From the NCBI GenBank assembly GCA_029856435.1, contig JAHQXB010000037.1:1-18322 (forward strand): a DNA stretch of 18,322 nucleotides, in the 5' to 3' direction. A program made the translations under genes and the position numbers. Position 1 is the first letter of the stretch; each line of letters begins with the position of its first letter. The notes beneath the pieces were generated by a model. That model saw only the letters and a list, made by a program, of their open reading frames with translations, made no database searches and had not been told where the DNA came from. Source of the stretch: Candidatus Jordarchaeia archaeon. Lineage in GTDB: Archaea > Asgardarchaeota > Jordiarchaeia > Jordiarchaeales > Jordiarchaeaceae. Of this stretch, positions 1 through 7,336 are shown one piece after another.

Positions 1-53
1 GTCGGGAGGATGTTTTTGTCCCACAATCCTCTCTCGTGGGGAACTCCCTCCAT
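1..53 (-). CDS. Possible 5' end of a gene running off the left edge (MEGVPHERGLWDKNILP...)
   Basis: ATG at 53-51 is followed by 17 open codons to the window edge. A TATA-like TTATATAG lies on the minus strand at about 86-93, roughly 35 nt upstream. Too short for any homology call. Confidence 0.25.
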   Translation of the reverse strand, partial: MEGVPHERGLWDKNILP

Positions 54-116
54 CTTCAGGTACACATAAACAATAAACTAACGCCTATATAAGCCTATAT
101 ATTTTGGAACTGTTGA

Positions 117-1088
117 TTACGGCATTTCTACCAGTATTTTTATTGCTTGGGAGTCTCTGGCGTGTTCAAAAGCTTTTAGCACATCTTTAAACTGGTATTT
201 GGCGGTTACTAGTGGTTTTGTGTCAATGAGCCCCTGCTCAAGAAGCCTTATTGCTGGAGGGAAGGGACCGCATCTGGAGCCAATGATGGTGATTTCATCC
301 ACAACTATTTCTGACCAGTTCAAACTAAGTTCTTGGTGATAGGTGCTTTTGGCTACTATTATTCCTGAGGGGCGAACCAGGCTCTTGGCCAAGTGGTAGC
401 CTTTGGGATTACCGGAGCACTCAACCACTAGATCCGCTTTCATTTGAGCCAAATTCTGGGGAGTGGCTGTTTTAATTCCCATCCTTCTTACTATTTCCAT
501 CTTGTTCTCATGTTTACCCACCAGTAGCAAATCGCATCCAGTTAATCTAAGTACTTGTGCTACCAGCAAGCCCAGTTTGCCATCTCCCAAAACCAAAACT
601 TTCCAAGTGGGTTTAATGTGGGCCTGCATCAGAATTTCCAAGGAAGCCGCTAGGGGCTCTATGAACACCGCCTGCTCATCAGTTATACTTTCTGGAACAA
701 TGTGAATGTTCTTTTGGGGCAGAGCCACAAACTCGGCAAAAGCTCCATCAGCTCTCTGTATGCCTAGGACACTTCTGTTTGGACAGTGTCTCTGCAAACC
801 AGCTGCACAATAATCACAGGAGCCACAGGCAAAGTTTATTTCGCTCACAACACGCTTCCCCAAAAATTTCCCGTCCCCAGAATCCACAACAATGCCCACA
901 AATTCATGCCCCGGAACACCACTAAAACCCATATATCCCTCAACAAGCTCCAAATCCGTCTTACAAATTCCAACAACAATAGGCTTAACTAGAACCCAAC
1001 CGGGCTTCACTTCGGGTCTAGGATAATCCTCAACAACCCTCAGTTGCCCATTCTGAATCATCAAAGCCCTCAAAACAAACACACCCAA
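117..1088 (-). CDS. Zinc-dependent medium-chain dehydrogenase/reductase (alcohol dehydrogenase-like)
   Basis: Catalytic-Zn motifs GIC.TD and GHEFVG, structural-Zn CGSCDYC...C, EPLAA and Rossmann GDGKLG. The true start may be the TTG at 1073 (MRALMIQ), downstream of a GGGTG RBS-like motif. Substrate unknown. Confidence 0.9.
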   Translation of the reverse strand: MGVFVLRALMIQNGQLRVVEDYPRPEVKPGWVLVKPIVVGICKTDLELVEGYMGFSGVPGHEFVGIVVDSGDGKFLGKRVVSEINFACGSCDYCAAGLQRHCPNRSVLGIQRADGAFAEFVALPQKNIHIVPESITDEQAVFIEPLAASLEILMQAHIKPTWKVLVLGDGKLGLLVAQVLRLTGCDLLLVGKHENKMEIVRRMGIKTATPQNLAQMKADLVVECSGNPKGYHLAKSLVRPSGIIVAKSTYHQELSLNWSEIVVDEITIIGSRCGPFPPAIRLLEQGLIDTKPLVTAKYQFKDVLKAFEHARDSQAIKILVEMP

Positions 1089-1217
1089 CCTTCAGCCTTT
1101 AAGAATTCTAAAAAGGCAAATAACATTAAAACAGTATCGGAAAATCAAACCTCAAATCCTAGGAGAAATACTTAAACACTACCGTCGCCGAGAGAATAAA
1201 GTAATGGAGGATTTAAG

Positions 1218-2162
1218 ATGAGCAATTTGGGTGAAGAGATGCCTTTCATGGGCATTCCAACCTTTTGCAAGTTCCCCTACACTAGGAACCTTGAAGGTGT
1301 GGACGTAGCGGTAGTTGGAGCACCCATAGATCAGGGAACCACAAACAGGCCCGGAGCAAGATATGGGCCTAGAGCCATAAGGGAGGGTTCTCAGATTTAT
1401 GGCCCCTTCTTTCTGCCTGACAAGGGGATATATGATATTGAGCTTGGAAGATACAAGCTTGCACGCACCAAAATCATTGACTTCGGCGATGTACCGGCGG
1501 CGCCTACACTACATGAGTTAAACCTGAACTTAATAACATTGTACATTGAGGAAATCATAAGCCATAAGGTGTTTCCCATAACCTTGGGGGGAGACCATTC
1601 TATCACTTTCCCCATTTTAAGAGCATTTAGGGACACAAAGCTAGAAATAGTTCACTTTGACACCCACCTTGACTTTCTAGATGATATTGCGGGTGTGAGG
1701 CTCAGCCATGCGAATCCATTCAAAAGGGCTACAGAGCTAGAACATGTTTTGGGAATAACACAGATTGGCATAAGGGGACTACTCAATCCCACTATTATAG
1801 CAGACGAAGCTCAAAAATACGGCTCCAGGATAATCACAGCTGAGAGAGCCATAAAGGAGGGAACCAAATGGGTGATGGAACAAATCCCAGAAGCTGGAAA
1901 TATCTACGTTTCAATAGACATAGATGCCCTCGACCCTTCTACAGCCCCTGGAACTGGAACACCGGAACCCGGAGGATTCACATATTTACAGATGAGGGAG
2001 ATGCTCACTGCCCTACCAAAGAAGGGAAAAATTGTGGGATTCGACCTAGTGGAGGTGAATCCACTCTACGATCCGGCGGGAGTCACGGCTCAAATTGCTG
2101 CAAGACTCATAATTGACTTCCTAGCAGCGATAAGAGAAGAAAAGTGGAAAGGAATGGTGTGA
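1218..2162 (+). CDS. speB: Agmatinase/ureohydrolase (arginase family) amidinohydrolase
   Basis: GGDHS, D-x-H-x-D (HFDTHLD), SHANPF and SIDIDALDP..APGTGTP metal-binding signatures; GGAGG RBS at 1206-1210. Family is certain; agmatine as the substrate is assumed. Confidence 0.85.
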   Translation: MSNLGEEMPFMGIPTFCKFPYTRNLEGVDVAVVGAPIDQGTTNRPGARYGPRAIREGSQIYGPFFLPDKGIYDIELGRYKLARTKIIDFGDVPAAPTLHELNLNLITLYIEEIISHKVFPITLGGDHSITFPILRAFRDTKLEIVHFDTHLDFLDDIAGVRLSHANPFKRATELEHVLGITQIGIRGLLNPTIIADEAQKYGSRIITAERAIKEGTKWVMEQIPEAGNIYVSIDIDALDPSTAPGTGTPEPGGFTYLQMREMLTALPKKGKIVGFDLVEVNPLYDPAGVTAQIAARLIIDFLAAIREEKWKGMV

Positions 2163-2340
2163 AACTTTTGGCAGTTGTAAATTATAAAAAATTGGGAGTT
2201 CCCCCTCGTTTGTCTAGTTTTCTATTCGTTTTTCTAATGTATTTTCATTCTTTTTAAAATGTGAATATTAATTTAAGCTATGAACATTACTAATGAAACA
2301 TATCCAAAAAAAGGTAAGAGTATACAGGGAGTATCAAAAT

Positions 2341-2357
2341 CGCAAACTATTTAAATT
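2341..2357 (+). promoter_or_regulatory. Archaeal BRE+TATA promoter candidate for the radical SAM gene
   Basis: CGCAAAC-TATTTAAATT about 50 nt upstream of ATG 2405; GAGGTGAGGTG RBS just upstream of the start. Confidence 0.5.
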
Positions 2358-2404
2358 TTAGAGTCAAAATAATGAGCAAAACTGGAGAGAGGTGAGGTGT
2401 AAGA

Positions 2405-3427
2405 ATGGATCCTGGTAAATATGCCAATGATGGTACCCTGTGGTTAGAGAAAGGTATTCCCTTAGAGTTTAATCTTGAGAAGCTGGGATTGTGGCTTAAA
2501 GAAAAGGGGCCCGCCTCCTATTTGATGTTTGGTATAACCTATGAGTGCCAGTGTAAATGCAGACACTGTTGCGTTGGCAACTATGTCAAAGAGAAGCATA
2601 GGGAACTCACTACCGACCAAGTTAAGAACGTGTTGGACCAAGCCAACAAAGCCTTGGCGATTAACTTTTTCGGCGGAGAACCCACTATGAGGAGAGATCT
2701 CATGGAGCTAATAAGTTACGCTTCGGAAAAATCGGTATTCGTCTTTTTGGACACTAATGGAATCAAAGTGAATATGGATTATGCCCAAAAGTTAAAGGAC
2801 AGCGGACTAGATCTACTCTACGTCAGCATTGACAGCCCACACCCGGAAGAACACGACGAGTATCGGGGATATAGGGGATGCTTTGAGAAGGCTGTTCAAG
2901 CAGTAAAAAATGCTCTCAGTGTGGGGTTAAAGGTCGTGATATCTACCTACATTACAAAGGAGAATCTTGCTAACGGCGATTTTGAGAGAGTGATTCAAAT
3001 GGCAAGAGAACTGGGAGCCACGGGAGTAAGATACTTGTTGCCTACACCGGCTGGCAGATGGTTGTACAATGTGGACGTAAAATTGTCACCACAAGAGGAG
3101 GAGAGAGTTAGGAGAATTGCAGAATACCCATTTGTTTGCCGCGATTTCTACTTCCAAAATCAAGCCTCAAGCCGCTGTAGGGGTATTGCGGACAAAGAGT
3201 ATGTCTACATTTCTCCCTATGGGGATGTTCAGCCCTGTTGCTTTATGCCACTTACCTTTGGAAACGTCAAAGAAGAGCCATTGAAGGTGATTCTGGATAA
3301 AATGTGGAGCCACCCCATGTATAGTGAACCCTGCATATTCAAGGAGTGCCCCATGCTGAGCGACGAGTTCAGAAGCAAATACATAGACCCTATACCCCGC
3401 AACACAAAACTACCATTCAGAATGTAA
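2405..3427 (+). CDS. Radical SAM protein with C-terminal SPASM/twitch domain (PqqE/NirJ/AhbD-like superfamily), function unknown
   Basis: CxxxCxxC (CQCKCRHC), GGEP, DTNG, VSIDS, and the C-terminal C..(YISPYGDVQPC)..C...CP pattern. Confidence 0.9.
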   Translation: MDPGKYANDGTLWLEKGIPLEFNLEKLGLWLKEKGPASYLMFGITYECQCKCRHCCVGNYVKEKHRELTTDQVKNVLDQANKALAINFFGGEPTMRRDLMELISYASEKSVFVFLDTNGIKVNMDYAQKLKDSGLDLLYVSIDSPHPEEHDEYRGYRGCFEKAVQAVKNALSVGLKVVISTYITKENLANGDFERVIQMARELGATGVRYLLPTPAGRWLYNVDVKLSPQEEERVRRIAEYPFVCRDFYFQNQASSRCRGIADKEYVYISPYGDVQPCCFMPLTFGNVKEEPLKVILDKMWSHPMYSEPCIFKECPMLSDEFRSKYIDPIPRNTKLPFRM

Positions 3428-3514
3428 CTCTCCACCCAACATAATTGCACCTTAAATAAAATGGTTAGGATTTCGCTCAAAACTGGACATTCTAGTTAAA
3501 TCTAAAATTTGTTT

Positions 3515-4045
3515 TTATTGTAGGGGTAATTCTGCTCCGTACTCTCCTACTTCGTAGACCCATTTGACTGTGAAGCCGAGCTTTTTGACCACATGGATTA
3601 TTCTCCTGTTTGTGGGGGAGAGGTAAGCGTATAGTTTTTTTACTCCCGACTTTTTTGCTACTTCTATGGTGTAACTGAGTAGTTTTGTTCCTAGACCCTT
3701 TTCCTGGTAATCGTCGTGCACAACTATGGCTATCTCTGCTTCCCCAGTTTTTTTGTCTAGATAGTAACGGGAATCAGCAACTATTCTCTCTCTCCCATTT
3801 TCGTTTACTATGGCGACAAGCGCCATCTTATCATCATAGTTCACATCACACCAATGTTCCACGATCCACCTCGTGACTGGCTGATAGTTCAAAAAGCGGT
3901 AATAGTTTGTTTCCTTAGATAGGGTGCTGTACATCTCAAACAGTTTTTCCCTGTCAACATCGGGCTTCAAAGGTCTTACAAAAGCCTCCCTACCGTCCCT
4001 CATCTTTATAACAGTCTCAAAATGCGCCGGGTAAACTAGTGACAT
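3515..4045 (-). CDS. Stand-alone GNAT acetyltransferase resembling the GNAT domain of Pat-type protein lysine acetyltransferases
   Basis: N-terminal DG...VRPLKPD..., S.ET.YYRF, EAEIAIVVHDDYQEKGLGT (Q/RxxGxG acetyl-CoA motif) and N......KLGF. Confidence 0.85.
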   Translation of the reverse strand: MSLVYPAHFETVIKMRDGREAFVRPLKPDVDREKLFEMYSTLSKETNYYRFLNYQPVTRWIVEHWCDVNYDDKMALVAIVNENGRERIVADSRYYLDKKTGEAEIAIVVHDDYQEKGLGTKLLSYTIEVAKKSGVKKLYAYLSPTNRRIIHVVKKLGFTVKWVYEVGEYGAELPLQ

Positions 4046-4173
4046 ATTCTCAGCTTCTTTTCCTACAAATAAATACTTTATCCATCAATTGAGCCGAAAC
4101 CTTTTTCCAAGACCTTTGATGTGGTTGTGTTCTCTTGTAAAAAATTTTGAGGAAATCTATTACTTAATGGATG

Positions 4174-5232
4174 CTATTGTCGGAAGTAGGGCACCACTTT
4201 TTCCACGAAGAGTTCCAGTGTTTCCCTATTCAACCGGGAGGGGACATAGAGCGCCATGGCAAAGTGTCTCACACCTCCCTCCACATATTTTGCGATTTTA
4301 TCTATGCAGTCGTCGGGAGAACCGAAAATGAATCGATCCTCGATGGGTTTGACGGGCATCTTCATTACTTCCCCTGCTGCCTCCATCATGGTTTCTGGGT
4401 TAAATACAAAGTGTAAGACGTCCAGCTTCATTTTGGGCGGCTCCACACCATATTCCTTAAGTGTGTCATAGGAGCCAGCGAGAAGCATCTTTGCAGGGAA
4501 TTCAACCAGCTTGAAGGCGGTGTCATAGTCTTTCGCTACAACCATATAGTTGAACATGGCTGGTTCAATCTTCTCCGGGTCTCTGCCTGCCTCCTTAGCC
4601 ATCTTCTTAATTTTCTCAAATTTCTCCCTGTAGTCTTGAGGCTTCATGAAGGTACCTACTGGAATCCAACCATCTCCCAATTCGGCGCAAATTCTCATGG
4701 TTTTAGGCGAGTTTGCGCCAAAATATATTGGTGGGTGAGGATTCTGAACCGCTTTTGGTCGAATAAAGGCTTTTTCAAGCTGGAAGAATTTACCCTCATA
4801 ATTGGAAAAATCTTCTGTTAGAAGTTTAATTATAACTTCGGCTGCCTCCCTGAGGCGGGTTACCGGATGATCCCAAGCTATGTGGTAGGGCACCAAATTC
4901 ATGGCTTCTCCAGCTCCCAGTCCCAACATTGCTCTTCCCTTAGAAAGATGGTCTAGAGTCATAAGGGTCTGCGCCAAAACGGCGGGATGACGCCTATGTG
5001 GGTCACTAACACAAGTTCCCAAAAGTATATTCTTGGTCTGCACCGCCAGTGCACTCAGTACACTCCAAGCCTCGTAAAAATCCCAGTTCTTAATTCCTAT
5101 TCCCACGGTGTGGTCAGCCATCCATATGGAGTCCAACCCCTTTTTCTCCGAGTAAAGGCTTGTCTCCAATACTAGGTCAAGGGGATATTGTGGAGGAACA
5201 AAACCAAATTTAACATTCTCAAACGAAACCAA
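4174..5232 (-). CDS. Luciferase-like (LLM) flavin/F420-dependent oxidoreductase
   Basis: W.ADH, GTCVSDPHRRHPAVLAQ...TLD.LS.GR..LGLGAGE.MN..PY and GDGWIP motifs; TTG start. F420 dependence is inferred from family motifs. Confidence 0.88.
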   Translation of the reverse strand: MVSFENVKFGFVPPQYPLDLVLETSLYSEKKGLDSIWMADHTVGIGIKNWDFYEAWSVLSALAVQTKNILLGTCVSDPHRRHPAVLAQTLMTLDHLSKGRAMLGLGAGEAMNLVPYHIAWDHPVTRLREAAEVIIKLLTEDFSNYEGKFFQLEKAFIRPKAVQNPHPPIYFGANSPKTMRICAELGDGWIPVGTFMKPQDYREKFEKIKKMAKEAGRDPEKIEPAMFNYMVVAKDYDTAFKLVEFPAKMLLAGSYDTLKEYGVEPPKMKLDVLHFVFNPETMMEAAGEVMKMPVKPIEDRFIFGSPDDCIDKIAKYVEGGVRHFAMALYVPSRLNRETLELFVEKVVPYFRQ

Positions 5233-5324
5233 CTAAAACGCCCCAACATTATTTTCATGATTCGCTCTTAAGAACCTAAACCTGAAGTTATCTCTTTTTA
5301 AATCCACTAATTAACCTTTCTACC

Positions 5325-5451
5325 ATCAAACATAGGTGATGTAGATTAGTCCGATTCCACCCCTCATTTCGAGGCTCTGAATCAGAAAAGAAGCCCTATG
5401 AAAGCTTCTTTCGGAGGCGAAATCGAACGAATCTACACCGCGATCAAACAT
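5325..5451. mobile_element. MITE-like fold-back element (or structured ncRNA): 109-bp core 5334-5442 flanked by an exact 9-bp direct repeat ATCAAACAT
   Basis: Direct repeats at 5325-5333 and 5443-5451. Inverted arms 5340-5363 and 5414-5437 pair at 19 of 24 positions. Internal hairpins at about 5362-5374, 5377-5387 and 5388-5410. Confidence 0.55.
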
Positions 5452-5757
5452 GCATACTCGCAGTGTAACAGAATACTCTAGCAGCGGAGTGTTTTGCCAA
5501 AAAATTAATGGGATTTTGAGGGGGAAGAGAAAAATTAACACTTTCTTAACAATGAGCAATGAGTAGAATATATATTCTTCATTCAGTGAACGGATTATTA
5601 TTGCATAAATTCCCGCACTATTAGTTTAATAACCTGTTATGGACGATTTCGAGTGGAGTTTTAAAAAAATAATGATTTGGTGGAATTGCCTTTTCTAAAA
5701 GGCTAGGTAACGGAGTCCATATTAATTAAGTGGGAGTGCCTAGTTTGATTTGTTGGC

Positions 5758-6972
5758 TTATTTTTTAAGTATCTCGTGGAGTACGTTTCCCAGTCTCTTT
5801 ACACCTTCTTCGATTTTTTCGTCTGTGGGATGGGTGAAGTTCAGCCTCATGGTGTTAAGTCCTTTTCCGTTGGGGTAGAATGCAGAGCCTACCACGTATG
5901 CCACATTCTTTTCTACGACTTTGGGAAATATTTCTATGGTGTTTATGTGTTCGGGTAGCCTCACCCAGACGAACATTCCTCCATCTGGTTCAGCGTATTG
6001 TGCCTCTTCGGGGAAATATTCTGCCATAGATCTGAGCATTATGTGCATTTTTCTTCCATAGATTTCTTTGATTTTTTTGATGTGTTGGTCTACGTAGCCC
6101 CGGCTAAGATATTCCGCCCCTATGTATTGGGTGAATGTAGTTGTGCATAGGTCTACGGCCTGTTTGGCCATTATGAATTTTTTAATAAGGTCGGTGGGCG
6201 CCACCATCCAAGCGATGCGGAAGCCGGGCACCAATATTTTTGAGAAAGTACTAAGGTAGACTACACGGTCTTCAGTGTCCAGTGATTTTAGTAGGGGTTG
6301 ATCTTCTCCCCTGTATCTTAGCTCTCCGTAGGGGTCGTCCTCAATTATTAGAACATCGTATGTGTTGCAGAGCTCGATTATTCGTCTTCGGCGTTTTTCG
6401 GGGATGGTTACTCCTGCGGGGTTGTGAAAAGTAGGTGTTATATAGAAGAATTTTAACCGGTTAAGTTCTCCCCTCTTTTGGATATCTTCTAGACGCGCCT
6501 CCAAGTCCTCTACAATCACGGAGTTTTCGTCCATTTCCACCAATTCATATCGGGGGCTCTGGAAATCGAAGGCTTGGATGGCTCCCAAATAAGTGGGACA
6601 AGTTGTGAGGACGATGTCGTTGGGATTAAGCAAAATTCTCCCCAAGATGTCTAATGCTTGCTGAGACCCCGAAGTGATTTGAATGTTTTCAACTTCGCAT
6701 TTCACGTTTTTTGTAGCCATCCTTCTTCTAAGAGCTTCCCTTAGTTCCGGTACACCCTCTGTAGTTCCATACTGGAGCGCATTTGGATTATCAATCACAC
6801 CAGGACAAATTTCATGTATCTGGGGGACTGGAAAGGCATCCGGATTAGGTAATCCCCCAGCAAAGGATATGACCTCCGGTTTCTGAGTTAATTTGAGAAG
6901 CTCGCGAATCACAGACACCTGTAACTTATTCGCAGTGTTTGAGAACAGTTCTGCAAAGGATCTTTTCATCAT
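5758..6972 (-). CDS. PLP-dependent class I/II aminotransferase (LysN/ARO8/MocR-aminotransferase-domain type, no HTH)
   Basis: ISFAGGLP.P, LQYG.TEG...LR, TSGSQQALD, PTFHNPAG, IEDDPY, PLP-lysine motif STFSKIL.PG.RI.W and LRLNF; AGGTG RBS upstream. Confidence 0.92.
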   Translation of the reverse strand: MMKRSFAELFSNTANKLQVSVIRELLKLTQKPEVISFAGGLPNPDAFPVPQIHEICPGVIDNPNALQYGTTEGVPELREALRRRMATKNVKCEVENIQITSGSQQALDILGRILLNPNDIVLTTCPTYLGAIQAFDFQSPRYELVEMDENSVIVEDLEARLEDIQKRGELNRLKFFYITPTFHNPAGVTIPEKRRRRIIELCNTYDVLIIEDDPYGELRYRGEDQPLLKSLDTEDRVVYLSTFSKILVPGFRIAWMVAPTDLIKKFIMAKQAVDLCTTTFTQYIGAEYLSRGYVDQHIKKIKEIYGRKMHIMLRSMAEYFPEEAQYAEPDGGMFVWVRLPEHINTIEIFPKVVEKNVAYVVGSAFYPNGKGLNTMRLNFTHPTDEKIEEGVKRLGNVLHEILKK

Positions 6973-7046
6973 GGTACACCTAACTTTTAGTACTATATTG
7001 AAATGCTTTTGACCCGAATACCATTTATTCGAGCCCTTCTAAATTG

Positions 7047-7060
7047 TTGTAATATTACAA
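7047..7060. promoter_or_regulatory. Perfect 14-bp palindrome TTGTAATATTACAA, candidate operator of the aminotransferase gene
   Basis: Exact dyad symmetry, with an extra TATTACA half-site at 7063-7069. It lies about 25 nt downstream of a minus-strand TATA-like TTAAATTA (7081-7088), where a transcription start would be expected. Confidence 0.55.
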
Positions 7061-7218
7061 GTTATTACACGGGACACATTTTAATTTAACGGTTAACTTT
7101 TTTTAACTCTACAGCAAAGGGTTCCATACTTTTTGCAGTGTAAGTATTTTTTCTGTTCTTATTATACTAGTTGCTTCACAAAAAGGCAACATCTCACCAA
7201 GGACACTCCATTACTCAT

Positions 7219-7233
7219 TTTTACGTAGTAAAA
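7219..7233. promoter_or_regulatory. 6-3-6 inverted repeat TTTTAC-GTA-GTAAAA upstream of the lpl-like promoter
   Basis: Perfect arms, about 40 nt upstream of the BRE/TATA at 7271-7285. AT-rich context weakens significance. Confidence 0.3.
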
Positions 7234-7270
7234 GGGACGCGCCCAAAACAATTATAACTATGTAATTTAA

Positions 7271-7285
7271 AGAAAAGTTTAAATA
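7271..7285 (+). promoter_or_regulatory. Archaeal BRE+TATA promoter (AGAAAAG-TTTAAATA)
   Basis: Close match to the archaeal consensus, about 50 nt upstream of ATG 7337. Confidence 0.7.
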
Positions 7286-7336
7286 AAATTATGACAAATA
7301 TTTCAAAACTAAAATTAATTTTTGTAGAGGGAAAAA

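Noticed and set aside
81-100. Tandem GCCTATAT x2
   Set aside because: Two short copies only; most simply part of a TATA region for the gene beyond the left edge.
38-2204. GGGAGTTCCCC in inverted orientation at 38-48 and 2194-2204, flanking the adh/agmatinase pair
   Set aside because: The match does not extend beyond 11 nt, and many 11-mer matches are expected by chance in 18 kb.
2280-2395. Tiny ORFs (24 aa and 7 aa) upstream of the radical SAM gene as possible RiPP precursors
   Set aside because: No RBS or precursor-like motif; they overlap or precede the predicted promoter; no RRE, protease or transporter nearby.
4078-4176. Possible amber read-through of the LLM gene (about 31 open codons after its TAG)
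   Set aside because: The protein already ends at the normal LLM C-terminus, the extension overlaps the GNAT promoter region, and there is no evidence of Pyl machinery.
5350-5481. Plus-frame peptide containing EIERIYTAIK, reminiscent of transposase IERxFxxLK motifs
   Set aside because: Only about 43 codons with stops on both sides, and it crosses the element's right arm and direct repeat; probably chance.
5326-5559. 77-aa minus-strand ORF across the intergenic gap
   Set aside because: No RBS, an N-terminus derived from AT-rich DNA and no family motif. It runs through the fold-back element, which explains the sequence better.
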